Shown here piece after piece: positions 62,876-64,000 of a stretch of 64,000 bases of DNA. The notes below the pieces were generated by a model. The model ran no database searches. It was given only the letters and a program-made list of their open reading frames with translations, and had not been told where the DNA came from. Source of the stretch: a bacterium (GTDB lineage Bacteria > Patescibacteriota > Minisyncoccia > Phycocordibacterales > CAIZLB01). Made by a program: the position numbers and the translations under genes. Each line of letters opens with the position of its first letter. Positions within the stretch are counted from its first letter, which is position 1. The stretch spans positions 232,174-296,173 of the forward strand of contig JBAXXP010000001.1 of assembly GCA_037127815.1 (NCBI GenBank), in the 5' to 3' direction.

Positions 62876-63901
62876 ATGGCGTTTATAGACGAAATGACAA
62901 TTAGGATGAAGGCTGGAAATGGAGGAGATGGAGTGGTTAGATGGTTGCATGAAAAGTTTAAGGAGTTTGGTGGTCCTTCTGGTGGAAACGGAGGAACTGG
63001 AGGTCATATATATGCAAAGGCTGTGAGAGATTCATGGCTGCTGTCTAGATATCGTCACACAAAAGAATTCGTTGCACAAAATGGTCAAGCTGGAGGAAAC
63101 AAAAGTATGCACGGATCAAATGGTGAGAACCTATATGTAGAAGTTCCTGTTGGAACAATTTTGAAGAACCTTACAACTGGGGAGGTTTTTAGACTTGATA
63201 AGGAAGGTCAAGAAACTATGATTTTAAAGGGAGGAAATGGAGGTCTTGGAAATGAAAACTTTAAATCATCAACAAACCAAACTCCAGAAGAACATACTCC
63301 TGGAAAGATTGGAGAAGAAGCAGATTTTCACATTGAAGTTGAAATTATTGCTAGTGCTGGACTAATTGGTTTACCAAACGCAGGTAAGTCATCACTTTTA
63401 AATTCACTAACACGCGCTGAAGCAAAGGTTGGTGCATATCAGTTTACAACACTAGAGCCAAACTTAGGTGATTTGTATGGTCACATTCTTGCTGATATCC
63501 CAGGTATTATTGAAGGAGCAGGGGAAGGAAAGGGTCTTGGTCATAAATTCCTAAAACACGTAAGAAGAACAAAAATGCTTCTGCACTGTATTTCTATTGA
63601 AAATGAAATAGAAAATCTGGGTGGACACATTGGAGGGATGGAAGAAATTTACGATGTTATAAGAGAAGAACTTGCTTCATTTGACGAGGAATTAGTTAAG
63701 AAGGAAGAAATAATTATCTTCACAAAATCAGACTTGCTACCACCTGGGGACGCACAAGAAATTGCAGAAAAATTTATGAAGAAAAAGTTTGCTGGAGAAC
63801 TAGCGGAGGGAAAGAAGTACTTTGTTATTTCTGTTTACGATGTGGACGCTATCAAGCATTTTTCTGATGAATTGATGAAGATTTTGGAGGTGTTGGACTA
63901 G
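62876..63901 (+). CDS. obg: GTPase Obg/CgtA
   Basis: FIDEMTIRMKAGNGGDGVVRW...GGPSGGNGGTGG Obg fold, G-domain GLPNAGKSSLL, DIPG. Confidence 0.85.
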   Translation: MAFIDEMTIRMKAGNGGDGVVRWLHEKFKEFGGPSGGNGGTGGHIYAKAVRDSWLLSRYRHTKEFVAQNGQAGGNKSMHGSNGENLYVEVPVGTILKNLTTGEVFRLDKEGQETMILKGGNGGLGNENFKSSTNQTPEEHTPGKIGEEADFHIEVEIIASAGLIGLPNAGKSSLLNSLTRAEAKVGAYQFTTLEPNLGDLYGHILADIPGIIEGAGEGKGLGHKFLKHVRRTKMLLHCISIENEIENLGGHIGGMEEIYDVIREELASFDEELVKKEEIIIFTKSDLLPPGDAQEIAEKFMKKKFAGELAEGKKYFVISVYDVDAIKHFSDELMKILEVLD

Positions 63902-64000
63902 GGGATGTTATAAAAGAGATAATAAAATAGTGGGTGCGGAGTATGGTGCTTAGCCCCCTTTATTTTTGCAGTGAAAATCTTTTGCTTTTCTTTATCAAAA

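Overview
This window reads as a low-GC, gene-dense bacterial chromosome segment, probably from a small-genome CPR/Patescibacteria-like organism (inference). Most of it is conserved housekeeping genes. Translation: ileS (C-terminal part), glyQS, metG, rpsF-ssb-rpsR, efp, rplJ-rplL, rsmI and obg. DNA metabolism: recO, recA, ftsK and radC. Secretion and envelope: secD, secF, secA, an FtsW/RodA-type gene, murA, and a surface-glycan pair (GT11 fucosyltransferase and an O-antigen-ligase-like protein). Metabolism: pyk and tatD. The rRNA genes are unlinked. A 23S-5S unit (about 30555-34523) and a 16S-tRNA-Ile unit (40603-42498) lie on the same strand about 6 kb apart, and each has its own near-identical sigma70-type promoter. 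The 23S gene carries two ORF-less group I introns of about 360 nt each. The 16S 3' tail lacks the canonical CCUCC anti-Shine-Dalgarno sequence. Matching that, no gene start I inspected has a Shine-Dalgarno motif, and many -10 hexamers sit 5-9 nt upstream of start codons, which looks leaderless. Accessory content includes a tandem duplicated pair of MazF/PemK-like toxin genes with no antitoxin and a DinJ-YafQ-type toxin-antitoxin pair with an operator palindrome. There are also large secreted proteins: one with a peptidoglycan-binding domain, and a 1202-aa beta-helix plus lipase-like protein next to an NYN-domain gene. Others are a pilin-like gene, a stand-alone VirD4/TraD-like ATPase with a disordered RS/RD tail, a 47-aa Lys/Ala-rich basic protein, an A9G9 homopolymer tract and a 23-bp perfect inverted repeat. 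Three domain architectures look unusual: a histidine-phosphatase (RHGE) domain embedded in IleRS, an XRE-type HTH fused to MurA, and a long K/E-rich N-terminal extension on RecA. I found no CRISPR array, integrase or transposase. All coordinates are hand-derived from the printed sequence and may be off by a few nt.
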